A DNA stretch of 64,000 bases, taken from assembly GCA_965200315.1 (NCBI GenBank), contig OZ241362.1, positions 3,712,001 through 3,776,000 on the forward strand. Reading direction: 5' to 3'. Numbering within the stretch: the first letter of the stretch is position 1; each line of letters begins with the position of its first letter. The notes beneath the pieces are model-generated. The model was not told the origin of the DNA. It ran no database searches and saw only the letters and a list, made by a program, of their open reading frames with translations. A program made the translations under genes and the position numbers. The DNA comes from Candidatus Latescibacterota bacterium. Lineage in GTDB: Bacteria > Latescibacterota > UBA2968 > UBA8231. Below are positions 48,214 through 57,703 of the stretch, one piece after another.

Positions 48214-48392
48214 GATTGGGATTCCTTTCTGGCGTGATAGGGCGATTTTGCACTTGGTGGAATATAGAGCCGCACACCGCTCTGTCAAGCGGCGCATTAT
48301 GTAATTGACGAACTGAATACCCGGCATTACATTTGAGCTACCCCGCTCCCCCCTTTGCGTACCCGCTTGCTCTCTTAACTTCAGGATTGACA

Positions 48393-49664
48393 ATGAGTTC
48401 TACAGAAGTCCTTTCCGTGCGCGGTGGACGTCCACTCCAAGGGGAAGTCGAGGTCCAAGGATCCAAAAATGCCGCTTTGCCCATGTTGGCCGCCTCGTTG
48501 CTGGCCACCGAAGGGCAAACCGTTCTGCACCGAGTACCCCCCGTCAAAGACGTATTGGTCGCCCTAGAAGTGTTGCGTCGGCTCGGCGCACGCGTCGATT
48601 ACGATGCAACCGAAGAAGTAGCCGTCCTAGACACCCGAGATGTCAAAGAGACCCGGCTGCCGGCGGACTTGACCAAGCACTTTCGCGGCTCGCTGCTTTT
48701 CGTTGGTCCGCTGTTGGCCCGCTTTGGTCGCGCTTGGATCCAAGAGGTCGGCGGTTGCACGATTGGCTCGCGACCCACCGACTATCACTATCGAGGCTTT
48801 GCCCGGCTCGGGGCTGAGGTCCAAAGCGTGGCCGGCGGCGGCATCGACGTAGTAGCCAAGCGGCTTTCTGGTGCCTTTATGTACTGCGATTTGCCCAGCC
48901 ATACTGGGGTGGAAAACCTCGTTATGGCGGCCTGTTTAGCAGAGGGCGAGTCCGTGATCGAAAACGCGGCCTCCGACCCGGAGATCGTCGATTTCGCGGC
49001 GCTCCTGCAAAAGATGGGTGCCCAAGTCGAAGGGGTTGGTACGCGGCGCGTCCATATCAAGGGAGTCCATGAGTTGGTAGGTGCTGAGCACTCGATCATG
49101 TACGACCGCATCGACGCCGGCCTCCTGATGATGGCGGGTGCCGTTACCGGCGGCGACCTCGCCCTCAAGGGCGTGGTGCGCGATCACCTGTACGTCTTTG
49201 AATCCAAGCTACTACAGATGGGCGTCGAGATGATAGAGGAAGGGGCTTGGATGCGGGTGCGCGGGCCGGAAATTTTGTCGCCAATCAATGTGGTGACCAC
49301 CTTTTACCCCGGCTTTCCAACGGACCTGCAGCCCGGGATGACGGCCTTGGCGTGCGTGGCCAAAGGCGACAGCTACATCCGCGAGACCGTATTCGAAGAT
49401 CGCCTCGGGCACGTCAAGGCCCTGCGCTCTTTCGGTGCTCGCATCGCGCCGGAAAAGGACCGCTTGGTGTTGGCACACGGACCGGCTCAGCTCAAAGGAG
49501 CCAAGGTCAAGGCCATGGACATTCGCGCCGGGGCTGCCTGCGTACTGGCCGGCCTAGCGGCAGAGGGCTGTACCGAGATCAGCAACCTCTACCAACTCGA
49601 CCGAGGGCACGCCCATATTGAGCGTCGCCTGCGGGCCTTGGGGGCCGACATCGAAAGGCACTGA
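48393..49664 (+). CDS. murA: UDP-N-acetylglucosamine 1-carboxyvinyltransferase
   Basis: GSKNAALP, GGCTIGSRP, DRIDAG, PGFPTDLQ, FEDR, DIRAG, LDRG. Confidence 0.95.
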   Translation: MSSTEVLSVRGGRPLQGEVEVQGSKNAALPMLAASLLATEGQTVLHRVPPVKDVLVALEVLRRLGARVDYDATEEVAVLDTRDVKETRLPADLTKHFRGSLLFVGPLLARFGRAWIQEVGGCTIGSRPTDYHYRGFARLGAEVQSVAGGGIDVVAKRLSGAFMYCDLPSHTGVENLVMAACLAEGESVIENAASDPEIVDFAALLQKMGAQVEGVGTRRVHIKGVHELVGAEHSIMYDRIDAGLLMMAGAVTGGDLALKGVVRDHLYVFESKLLQMGVEMIEEGAWMRVRGPEILSPINVVTTFYPGFPTDLQPGMTALACVAKGDSYIRETVFEDRLGHVKALRSFGARIAPEKDRLVLAHGPAQLKGAKVKAMDIRAGAACVLAGLAAEGCTEISNLYQLDRGHAHIERRLRALGADIERH

Positions 49665-49689
49665 GGCGCATTGCACACCCAACGCGAAT

Positions 49690-49724
49690 AAGCGGTCGGG
49701 AGCTTGCGGCTCTCGGCCGCTTTT
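49690..49724 (+). terminator. Intrinsic terminator after murA
   Basis: AAGCGGTCGGGAG/CTCTCGGCCGCTT stem with T tract. Confidence 0.7.
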
Positions 49725-49754
49725 GCTTGTCTATCACTCTAATAGGAGAGCACC

Positions 49755-50882
49755 ATGCTCGTACACTCCGACGCAGTGTATTTAGCGCACTCGCCCATCA
49801 ACCGCGCCGAAGCTCCTTTTGCGACCTACCAAAAGTTGGCCCATCGCACCCTCTCCGCCCTCCAAGTGCCGCTACCGGCCGCCGGCACCATCTTGCTCAA
49901 GCCCAACGCCACCGTGCTCTATCCACCGGAAAAGCGCGTCATCACCCACCCCGGTTTTGTCGGCGGCCTACTCGACGCCCTGCGCGACCGTGGCGTACCC
50001 GCCGAGCGCATGGTGGTTGCCGATGGCCAGTCTGGGGAAAACGCCGCGGCCGGGCACACTTGGGAACTATGCGGCTATCGCGCCATGGCCGCGGCGCGGG
50101 GCGTACGGCTCGAAGAAATGAACACCGACGAGGATTCTCGCATCGTCGAGGTCGCCGACGGCGTAGTGTACGAGCACTATCCCCTGTACCGGGAAGTGAC
50201 CGATTGCGCCTTCTTTTTTAACGTCCCCCTCGCCAAGTGCCACAACTTGGGCTGCACGACCTTGGCGATTAAAAACCTGATGGGCATCATCGCCAAGCCC
50301 GAGCGGCACCTGTGCGCGATTCAGGCGGTGGATGAGCCTTGCGCTGAGGAGCTGTGGCGGCTGACCGAGAGCGGCCTCAGCTTCTTTGAAGATCGCTTCT
50401 ATCACAAGCTCTGCGATCTATTGGTCGCGCTGCGCGGCTTGGGGATGCCGCGGCTTTCAGTGGTAGATGGCTTGGTCGGCCGCGACGGTACCGCGTTCAA
50501 CGAAGGGGCCAACTACCCTCTCGGTTGGGCTGTGGCCGGTGTCAACGAGGTACACGTAGATGCGATAGCCACCTACCTAATGGGCCTCGATCCGCAGGCC
50601 ACCCCCTATCTGCAATTTGCCCACGCCCGCGGCCTCGGGAGCATTGACCCCGAGGCAATCGAGGTCGTCGATCTCGCGAGCGGCACGGCGCTCACTGGCG
50701 CGGCCCTAGCCGAGCTGCGGCCTGCCGAGCCGCTGATGCCCATCGCCCGCCTCAACCAAGGCGGCTACTACAAGCGCTTTCGCGCCGATGGATCGGCCGT
50801 GCCTTGGCGCTTGAGCGATGTCAATGACCAACGCCAGCAGGACGGCTTGGCACCCGTTACCTATGAGCCAGCCCGCGCCTGA
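49755..50882 (+). CDS. DUF362 domain protein
   Basis: 'LLKPN', 'THP', 'PLAKCH...TLAIKNLMG', 'VDGLVG'. Confidence 0.88.
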   Translation: MLVHSDAVYLAHSPINRAEAPFATYQKLAHRTLSALQVPLPAAGTILLKPNATVLYPPEKRVITHPGFVGGLLDALRDRGVPAERMVVADGQSGENAAAGHTWELCGYRAMAAARGVRLEEMNTDEDSRIVEVADGVVYEHYPLYREVTDCAFFFNVPLAKCHNLGCTTLAIKNLMGIIAKPERHLCAIQAVDEPCAEELWRLTESGLSFFEDRFYHKLCDLLVALRGLGMPRLSVVDGLVGRDGTAFNEGANYPLGWAVAGVNEVHVDAIATYLMGLDPQATPYLQFAHARGLGSIDPEAIEVVDLASGTALTGAALAELRPAEPLMPIARLNQGGYYKRFRADGSAVPWRLSDVNDQRQQDGLAPVTYEPARA

Positions 50883-51210
50883 GCACACCCTCCGCGCCTG
50901 CCAACGGGCGGTGGACGAGTGGATCGCCGAGATCGGTGTGCGCTACTTCTCCGAGCTGACCAATACGGCCGTGCTGATGGAAGAAGTCGGCGAGCTGGCG
51001 CGAATCATGGCCCGCACCTTTGGGGAGCAGAGTTTTAAGGAGGGCGAAGAAGCCGACCTCGGCATGGAGCTGGCCGACGTGCTCTTCGTTCTCATATGCC
51101 TCGCCAATCAGACCGGGGTCGACTTGGAGGAATCCTTCCAGCGCGCGCTGGCCAAGAAGACCCGACGCGACCGCCGGCGTCACGCGGAAAACCCCAAACT
51201 CCAGTCTTGA
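50863..51210 (+). CDS. MazG-like nucleotide pyrophosphohydrolase (YpjD type)
   Basis: 'YFSELTN', 'EEVGELAR', 'ELADVLFVLICLANQTGVDL'. Confidence 0.92.
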   Translation: MSQPAPEHTLRACQRAVDEWIAEIGVRYFSELTNTAVLMEEVGELARIMARTFGEQSFKEGEEADLGMELADVLFVLICLANQTGVDLEESFQRALAKKTRRDRRRHAENPKLQS

Positions 51211-51287
51211 TTCAGCAAACAGCCGGCAAGTTGTGCTGCACACCGTGGCGCAACTTGCCGTATCCTCATTTTGCGAAAGGGCTGTCC

Positions 51288-51950
51288 ATGAGTTCTCGCA
51301 ACGGTTTTATCGAAACGCATATTTACGACTACATCCTCGCCAACTCGCTGCGCGACCGAGACGATCTCAAGCGGTTGCGACAGGAAACCCAGGCCATGCC
51401 CATGGGCGGCATGCAGGTCTCGCCCGATCAGGGGCAGTTCATGGGGCTGCTCGTCGAGCTGATCGACGCCAAGCGGATCGTCGAGGTGGGGACTTTTACT
51501 GGCTACAGCAGCATCGCGATGGCGTTGGCCCTGCCAGCGGACGGGCGTCTAATCGCCTGCGACGTCAGCGACGAATTTACCAGCATCGCCCAGCGCTATT
51601 GGCAAGAGGCCGGCGTGGCCGACAAGATCGAATTGCGGTTGGGGCCAGCAGTAGCAACTCTCGACGGAATGCTCACAGCCGGGGAAGCGGGTTGCTTCGA
51701 CATGGCCTTTATCGACGCGGACAAGGAAAATTACGACGCCTATTACGAGCGCTGTTTGCAACTGCTGCGCCCGGGCGGATTGATCCTAATCGACAACGTG
51801 CTGTGGGGCGGACGGCCCGCCGATGCCAACGAGCAGTCCGAGAGCACCGTAGCGATCCGAGCACTCAACGCCAAAATCCACGCCGACGAACGCGTGACCG
51901 CGTCCCTGCTGTCGATTGGCGACGGGTTGACGCTGGCGCGGAAGCGGTGA
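51288..51950 (+). CDS. SAM-dependent O-methyltransferase (CCoAOMT/COMT family)
   Basis: 'EVGTFTGYS', 'FIDADKENY', 'DNVLW', 'GDGLTL'. Confidence 0.94.
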   Translation: MSSRNGFIETHIYDYILANSLRDRDDLKRLRQETQAMPMGGMQVSPDQGQFMGLLVELIDAKRIVEVGTFTGYSSIAMALALPADGRLIACDVSDEFTSIAQRYWQEAGVADKIELRLGPAVATLDGMLTAGEAGCFDMAFIDADKENYDAYYERCLQLLRPGGLILIDNVLWGGRPADANEQSESTVAIRALNAKIHADERVTASLLSIGDGLTLARKR

Positions 51951-52019
51951 CGGAGTGTCTCATTCGTTTTATTGGCGAAGAAGGCATGTGGAAGATCATC
52001 CGCTGGATTGACGATCCGC

Positions 52020-52240
52020 TCGGCGGCTTCTGTGGCTTTGGAAAAATCTGGCTGGACGGCTGTTATAGATGACGCTACCGCTAGGGCATGTGCCCGGTCA
52101 TTAGGTGTACCCGTTATCGGAACGTTGGGGGTTGTGTTACGTGCGAAAAGACGAGGGCTAGTCGCGTTTGCCGCCAAGATTATCCGCGAGTTGCGCCATG
52201 CAGGTTTGTCCGATCAGTACTTAAGCAGGTCGTCGGAGAG
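52020..52240 (+). pseudogene. DUF3368 (PIN-like) protein remnant
   Basis: 'AVIDDATARACARSLGVPVIGTLGVVLRAKRRGLV' is the DUF3368 C-terminal pattern; no N-terminal half or clean start/stop. Confidence 0.7.
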
Positions 52241-52272
52241 GATTTCACTCACCCACCGGCCACTCTCCCGAC

Positions 52273-54963
52273 TCAAGTCGAAACCCCTAACAAACCCCGC
52301 GTCAGTTGAAAATCGACGTTGCGCTGCTGCAAAGCACTGGGGATATGACTGCCGCGCGCCACTTGGGCCAACAAACCAGCCAATTGCTCGGCCCAATCGT
52401 CGGCCACACCCGTCAAGGCCAAATCAATATCATCGCCGTAGAGCGCTGCCACCGTCGGATTCGCGCTCACCTGCACCACCGGCATCAGGGGATGCCCCTG
52501 TAAAGGATGCTCGCCGGTATGGGCCAAGATCAGGTCCACGCCCGTCGCACCCAGCCCGGTAGCCGTCTCCACCCAGTGGTCGGTGGGCGTCTCCATGATG
52601 TAAAAACCCGGCTCTACCGCCGCCTCGCCATAGGGCAACGTCGCCGCATCCGACGGCTCGACTAACGCGGATTCCAGATACGCCGGTTCCCGCAGCAGGG
52701 TCGCGTTGTGCGGCACGACCACCGTGCCGCCGGCGGTCACCACCCAGCGCGTCAACTGGGCAAAAGATTGCGCCGCGTCCGCCCCCAGCTCACCGGTCGC
52801 CTGCATCCCCAAGCGCAAGGCGCCCAAGCCGCGTTCTACGGCAACGGGTGCTTCCGTCTCAGCCAGTGCTTGGCAAAACCACGCCTCGACCTTGTCCATG
52901 GCCTTGACAATGCCGCCGTCCAACTGCACAGAAGCCCAGCCGAAAACAGCCGGGTCCAACCCCCATTCCTCAAAGCCGTTGCGCATGTAGTCGTTGTGCG
53001 TCTTTTCGCAGCCGTGCTCCAGCAGCAAAACGCGCTGGGCCAGCGGATGGGCTGCGTAGCCCATCATGGTGCGCAAGTGCATTTGCTCGGTGGCACCGCT
53101 CGACGACAGCCCACAGCCCTCGGTATGGACCAAGGCGACAAAGCGCGACAAGCCCTGCTGGCGGCCCACTTGCCGGGCGTTGAGCCGCTCGGCGCACATG
53201 CGGGCGATCTGGCCAGCGCACAGGCTGGTGGGCAATACCAACCCCACCTGATCGATAGCCGACCCGCGCACTCCGTCCAGCATGGGGAACGACACCGCTG
53301 GCCCGACTGCGGGCCGTACCGGCGCGGGCCGTACCGCAAGCGCGGGAGCGGCCAACAGTTCCTCTAACCGGCTGGTATCGGTCTGTTGCCAGTTGCGCCA
53401 GATGGACACTTGGGCGTGGCCGGCCCGCTCGCCCAGCGAGCGCTCGCCCGAGGCCACCCGCAAGGTGCGCTCGAACAACGCCTCGCCCAACTCGTCCATC
53501 GGCGAGCCATCCAAGTAGGCCCCGGCGTTGACATCGAGATCCGCGGCCAGCAACTGGTAGCGCTCCGAGGTGGTGACGATCTTGATCGTCGGCACAAAGG
53601 GGAAATTGGTGATGGAACCGTTGCCCGTGACAAAGAAAATGGCATTGCAGCCGCTGGCCACCTGCCCGGCAATGCTCTCCAAGTCGTTGCCCGGACTGTC
53701 CATAAAGTAGAAACCAGCCCCTTTGAGCGGCTCGCTGTACTCAATGGCGTAGTCCAAGCGCACGTCCGGGTCGCGCTTGCGCGCCGCGCCAATGGACTTG
53801 AGCGCGATATTGTAGAGGCCGCGAAATTTGTTGCCCCCGGAGGGATTGCCCTCGGCGGAGGCCCCGTGCCACGACACCCGCTCCTTGAAGCGCTCGACCA
53901 TGTGCAAAAAGGTGCGCGCGGTCTCCACATCCTTGACGTTTTGCAACACGTACGGTTCGGCGCCGATCAGCTCGTCGGTCTCGGCGAGGTTGGCTGCGCC
54001 GCCGTAGCGGATCAGTTCGCGCGCCACCCAAGCGGCCAGCGGGTTGCCCGAAATGCCCGAAAAGGCGTCCGATCCGCCGCACTGTAAGGCGATCTTGAGA
54101 TGGCTTAGGTCGTGCTCTCCTCGCTCCTCGCCCGCCATTTCCGCAGCCCAAGCTGCTACTTGCCGGTCTCCCTCTGCCAAACGCGCCTCAAAGGCACCGT
54201 CCAAGCGCATAAAGCAATGCCGGACGTGGTCGAGGGCATAGCCGTGCGCCGCCATGTACTCCCGCAGCATTTCGTTGGTCACGGCTTCGCTGCCGTAGTC
54301 CACCGCCAGCACGGCGCCGACGTTGGGATGGACGACAAAGCCGGCCAGCGTGCGCAATAAGAGTTCGCGGTTGTTGGGAGCGGACTCGCCGCCGCCCTCG
54401 GTGTGGGCAATCGGCACCACGCCATCGCCAGCCGGGCGGCTGCTCCAGCGCTCGGCCAACAGCCGGGCATAACTAGCCGTGCGCGAGGAGGTGCCCAAAA
54501 CGACGATATAATTGCGCGTGCCCACGCCCCGTCCTCCAGAGCGACCGTAGCCGAGAAAGGTCCGCCGCTCCTCATGCTGGCTGAGCGCAACCCCAGGCTG
54601 AAAACTCGTTGGGTCCAGTTGATACGGCTCCATGCGATCGACAAAATTGGCCTGCTCGGGCAGGTCGAAGTCCAACTGCCGGATGCCCAAGGCGTCGAGC
54701 ATACTCTGGTTGCAGGCGTAGTCGCCCGGCTTCAGGGTGCGCTCGGCCACGCCAAAGGGCAGTTGCCACGACAGCAGGAACTGGCCGGGTTCAATCGGCT
54801 CGACGGCAAAGCGATGGCCTTCCATCACCGTGTGGGACAAAGTGAACGACCGTCCCTCGTAGTCGATGTCCGAGCCCGCTTCCAAGCGCCGGGTGGCAAT
54901 GGCCACATTGTCCCCGGGCATGGGCAGCCGGGCTACTTCGCTAAAGGAAAAAACCGCGTTCAT
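52273..54963 (-). CDS. UxaA/GarD-family sugar-acid dehydratase, long internally duplicated form
   Basis: SAF domain 'DNVAIA', 'VGTRNY', 'QCGGSDAFSG..GNP', 'NPSGGN..GL..I..KSIG', 'TGNGS'; ATG 54963. Confidence 0.88.
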   Translation of the reverse strand: MNAVFSFSEVARLPMPGDNVAIATRRLEAGSDIDYEGRSFTLSHTVMEGHRFAVEPIEPGQFLLSWQLPFGVAERTLKPGDYACNQSMLDALGIRQLDFDLPEQANFVDRMEPYQLDPTSFQPGVALSQHEERRTFLGYGRSGGRGVGTRNYIVVLGTSSRTASYARLLAERWSSRPAGDGVVPIAHTEGGGESAPNNRELLLRTLAGFVVHPNVGAVLAVDYGSEAVTNEMLREYMAAHGYALDHVRHCFMRLDGAFEARLAEGDRQVAAWAAEMAGEERGEHDLSHLKIALQCGGSDAFSGISGNPLAAWVARELIRYGGAANLAETDELIGAEPYVLQNVKDVETARTFLHMVERFKERVSWHGASAEGNPSGGNKFRGLYNIALKSIGAARKRDPDVRLDYAIEYSEPLKGAGFYFMDSPGNDLESIAGQVASGCNAIFFVTGNGSITNFPFVPTIKIVTTSERYQLLAADLDVNAGAYLDGSPMDELGEALFERTLRVASGERSLGERAGHAQVSIWRNWQQTDTSRLEELLAAPALAVRPAPVRPAVGPAVSFPMLDGVRGSAIDQVGLVLPTSLCAGQIARMCAERLNARQVGRQQGLSRFVALVHTEGCGLSSSGATEQMHLRTMMGYAAHPLAQRVLLLEHGCEKTHNDYMRNGFEEWGLDPAVFGWASVQLDGGIVKAMDKVEAWFCQALAETEAPVAVERGLGALRLGMQATGELGADAAQSFAQLTRWVVTAGGTVVVPHNATLLREPAYLESALVEPSDAATLPYGEAAVEPGFYIMETPTDHWVETATGLGATGVDLILAHTGEHPLQGHPLMPVVQVSANPTVAALYGDDIDLALTGVADDWAEQLAGLLAQVARGSHIPSALQQRNVDFQLTRGLLGVST

Positions 54964-54973
54964 CGCTAGCTCC

Positions 54974-56389
54974 TCAATAATTCGTGGACGACGAAGTAAC
55001 AGCGCACCAGCGGGCCGGTTCCAGTGCTGCAAGTAAGGCGCGGCGAGCTTGGGCCGTCCCGATTTTGTGCAAAGCGGTGCTGGCATAGTAGCGCGTATAG
55101 CGATTTGGATCGGCCAGAGCGCGGGCTACCGGCGGTATCAGCTCGTCGTCGGGGGGGGCCATCTTGCTGAGGGCAAAGGCGGCGTTGCGCCGCACCAACT
55201 CCACCTCGTCGCCCATAGCGCGGGCGAGGTCTGGAGCCGCCGACCCGGCCGCCGGACCAATGGTCCCTAAAGCCTCGGCTGCATTGCGCCGCACCCACCT
55301 AGCGCCATCGCTCAAGGCCGCCTGCAACACCGGCACGGCCGCCGCCGCCGCCTCGCCCATAGTCGCCAAGGCACCGAGTGCCGCCGCCCGACCGGGCCAA
55401 GGCCCCTCCTGAGCTGCGGTCAACAGCTCGTCCAAAGCCTCCACACCCAAAGCGGCCAAGGCGTGTACCGGCCCCACTTCGCCCGGATTGCCCCCTTGGG
55501 GATTGGTCGGCGAATGGGCCATATTGGTCTCGGCTTGGGCTTGGGCTTGGCTCTGCATGTCCTCGATCAGCCCTTTTACTTGGTCTCCGCCCAAGTTGTA
55601 GGCCGCTTGCAGGCGAGCCGTTTCCGCATCCGCGCCCCAATTTTCCCAGCGCGCGCTGCCGCTGCTCGCGGCCGGCCGACCGCACAACCAGTCCCACACA
55701 TGCCGCGACAATTCTGGGTGTGGATCGTTGTCGAGTGGCTGCCAGTCGGACACCTCATTATTCCACGTCGGGGCCTCTGGCTCTGCCATGCGGGTGAACT
55801 GGTATTTGAGCATGTAGCGCCTTTTGTCCGAGCGATTGGCCGTGGCTCGGTGCCAGCTATCGAAGTTGACGATGGACACCGTGCCGGCCGGGCCGCACAA
55901 GCCCAGTTCGGTCTCGGTGGCCTGCTCTGGATCGGTACTGGAGATGCCGTTGTACCACTGCCGCCCCGGCATCACGCCGGTGGGACCCATGTCCGGGGTG
56001 ACGTCTTGGGGATAGTAAAAGGCCATGACCCAACGGCAGCGGTGATAGCGGATATTCTGGTCGAAGATATAATCGTCCTTGTGCCAAGTCTGGCCGTCGC
56101 TGCGAGGGGGGTTGAGGTGGCAGTAGCGGTGCGGGTGCATCAGATAGCCCGCGCCTAGCATACTGGTCAAGGCACCGCGCACCGCGGGGTGGGCAAAGAC
56201 TTGGGCGATGGCGGGGATGCGCGGCGCGATATTGTTGCCGGGGTTGCCTTCGGCTTCCAACACGGCGTCGATTTGGCGGCATACTGCGGCGTGAAAGTCG
56301 CCCGGAAAATCCGCCTGCACCTGAACATAGCCCTCGGCGATGAACTGCTGCATCTCAGCGTCGCTGAGCAAGTGTTTTTCTGCTTCCAT
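54974..56389 (-). CDS. PhyH-family dioxygenase fused to HEAT repeats
   Basis: 'WHKDD' HxD, 'GPTGVMPG', 'WHRATAN'; C-terminal 'VRRNAAEALG' repeats. Confidence 0.85.
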   Translation of the reverse strand: MEAEKHLLSDAEMQQFIAEGYVQVQADFPGDFHAAVCRQIDAVLEAEGNPGNNIAPRIPAIAQVFAHPAVRGALTSMLGAGYLMHPHRYCHLNPPRSDGQTWHKDDYIFDQNIRYHRCRWVMAFYYPQDVTPDMGPTGVMPGRQWYNGISSTDPEQATETELGLCGPAGTVSIVNFDSWHRATANRSDKRRYMLKYQFTRMAEPEAPTWNNEVSDWQPLDNDPHPELSRHVWDWLCGRPAASSGSARWENWGADAETARLQAAYNLGGDQVKGLIEDMQSQAQAQAETNMAHSPTNPQGGNPGEVGPVHALAALGVEALDELLTAAQEGPWPGRAAALGALATMGEAAAAAVPVLQAALSDGARWVRRNAAEALGTIGPAAGSAAPDLARAMGDEVELVRRNAAFALSKMAPPDDELIPPVARALADPNRYTRYYASTALHKIGTAQARRALLAALEPARWCAVTSSSTNY

Positions 56390-56401
56390 GCTCTTCGCCT
56401 C

Positions 56402-57703
56402 CTAAAAGCGTCGGTCCAACGCCCATTCGGCCCAAGACCGCACGTATTCGTTGCCCTGCTGGCGCGCCCGTTGCAAGGCGGTTCCTGCCCGCCATTTGGC
56501 CAGCGTCATAGCTGCGTTTTCGCGCAGCGGCGCGTCGGACAGAGACCAAGGCGTCATCGCACGGCTATCGTCTAGGGCCTGTGTCAAAGCCGGCACCGCC
56601 GCCGGCACCCGGCCCATATTGCCCAAGGCGTCGGCGGCATTGCGGCAGACCCATTCGCTGTCGTCCTGCAATGCGGCGGCAAGGGCCGTGGCCGCTTCCT
56701 CAGCCTCGGCCCCCATGCAGCCCAAGGCCGTGGCCGCCCCGGCGCGCAGCCACCAATCCCCATCCTGCAACGCCTCGATGAGCGCGGGCACCGCGACAGC
56801 ACCAGCCGCCGCCAGCCCGTAGGGGCTCTCCAACTGGCTGGGATTGGTAAAATCGCCGCGCTCGAGATTGGTTTGCCAACGCCGGGCGGACTCGTCTTTT
56901 AGCGCCGCCATTAACACCGGCACCCCTTCGGCTCCCAGTGCCCCCAAGTCGTAATAGGCATCCAACCGCACTCGTTCATCGGAATCCTGCAAAGCCGCCT
57001 GCCAGGCTTCCACCGATCTATGCGGCCTCAAGGCAGGAGCCTGCCCCCCATACCAGCGCCACAGTGTGCGGTACAGTGCCGCGTGGCGTCCCGTGGGCAC
57101 CCACCGACTGCGCTGTTCTGGCGCACTCTCCTCGGTGCGGGCAAAGAGGAATTTCAGCATGTAGCGCGTCTGGGTCGAGCGATTGGCCGTGGCCCGATGC
57201 CACAATTCGTAGTGGGTGATAACCACGGTGCCCGCCGCGCAAGTAAGGGCCAGCCCTTCGACCTCAGCTTCGGGGTCATCCATATAGTACTGAGTCCCGG
57301 GCACCAGCGCCGTAGGACCCATATCCGGTGTTACCTCGTGCGGATAGTACAGCAGCAGGGCATAGCGCGGGCGGTGGTAGCGCATATTGCCGCCAAAGGG
57401 ATAATCCTTGTGCCAATTCTGGGCTTGGTTGCCCGGTGCGAGATCGTGGCAGTGACAATGGCGGCAGAGAGCGTACCTAGGCCCCAGAATGCCGGTCAAG
57501 GTCGCATCTACTGCCGGATCGGCGAACAACTGGTGCAATAGGGGAATGCGATCTATCAGGCCGTTGCCCGGATTGCCCGCGGCGAGCACGCGTTCGACTT
57601 GGCGGTGCAGTTCGCGGTGCAGATCCGCACTCGCGGTCGGTTGCACCACGCGGTATCCCCCGATGATAAAATCCTGCAGGTCTGCATCGCTTAGATGGGT
57701 CAT
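56402..57703 (-). CDS. PhyH-family dioxygenase fused to HEAT repeats (paralog)
   Basis: 'WHKDY', 'GPTALVPGT', 'WHRATAN', 'RNAADALG'; ATG 57703 overlaps the upstream stop. Confidence 0.85.
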   Translation of the reverse strand: MTHLSDADLQDFIIGGYRVVQPTASADLHRELHRQVERVLAAGNPGNGLIDRIPLLHQLFADPAVDATLTGILGPRYALCRHCHCHDLAPGNQAQNWHKDYPFGGNMRYHRPRYALLLYYPHEVTPDMGPTALVPGTQYYMDDPEAEVEGLALTCAAGTVVITHYELWHRATANRSTQTRYMLKFLFARTEESAPEQRSRWVPTGRHAALYRTLWRWYGGQAPALRPHRSVEAWQAALQDSDERVRLDAYYDLGALGAEGVPVLMAALKDESARRWQTNLERGDFTNPSQLESPYGLAAAGAVAVPALIEALQDGDWWLRAGAATALGCMGAEAEEAATALAAALQDDSEWVCRNAADALGNMGRVPAAVPALTQALDDSRAMTPWSLSDAPLRENAAMTLAKWRAGTALQRARQQGNEYVRSWAEWALDRRF

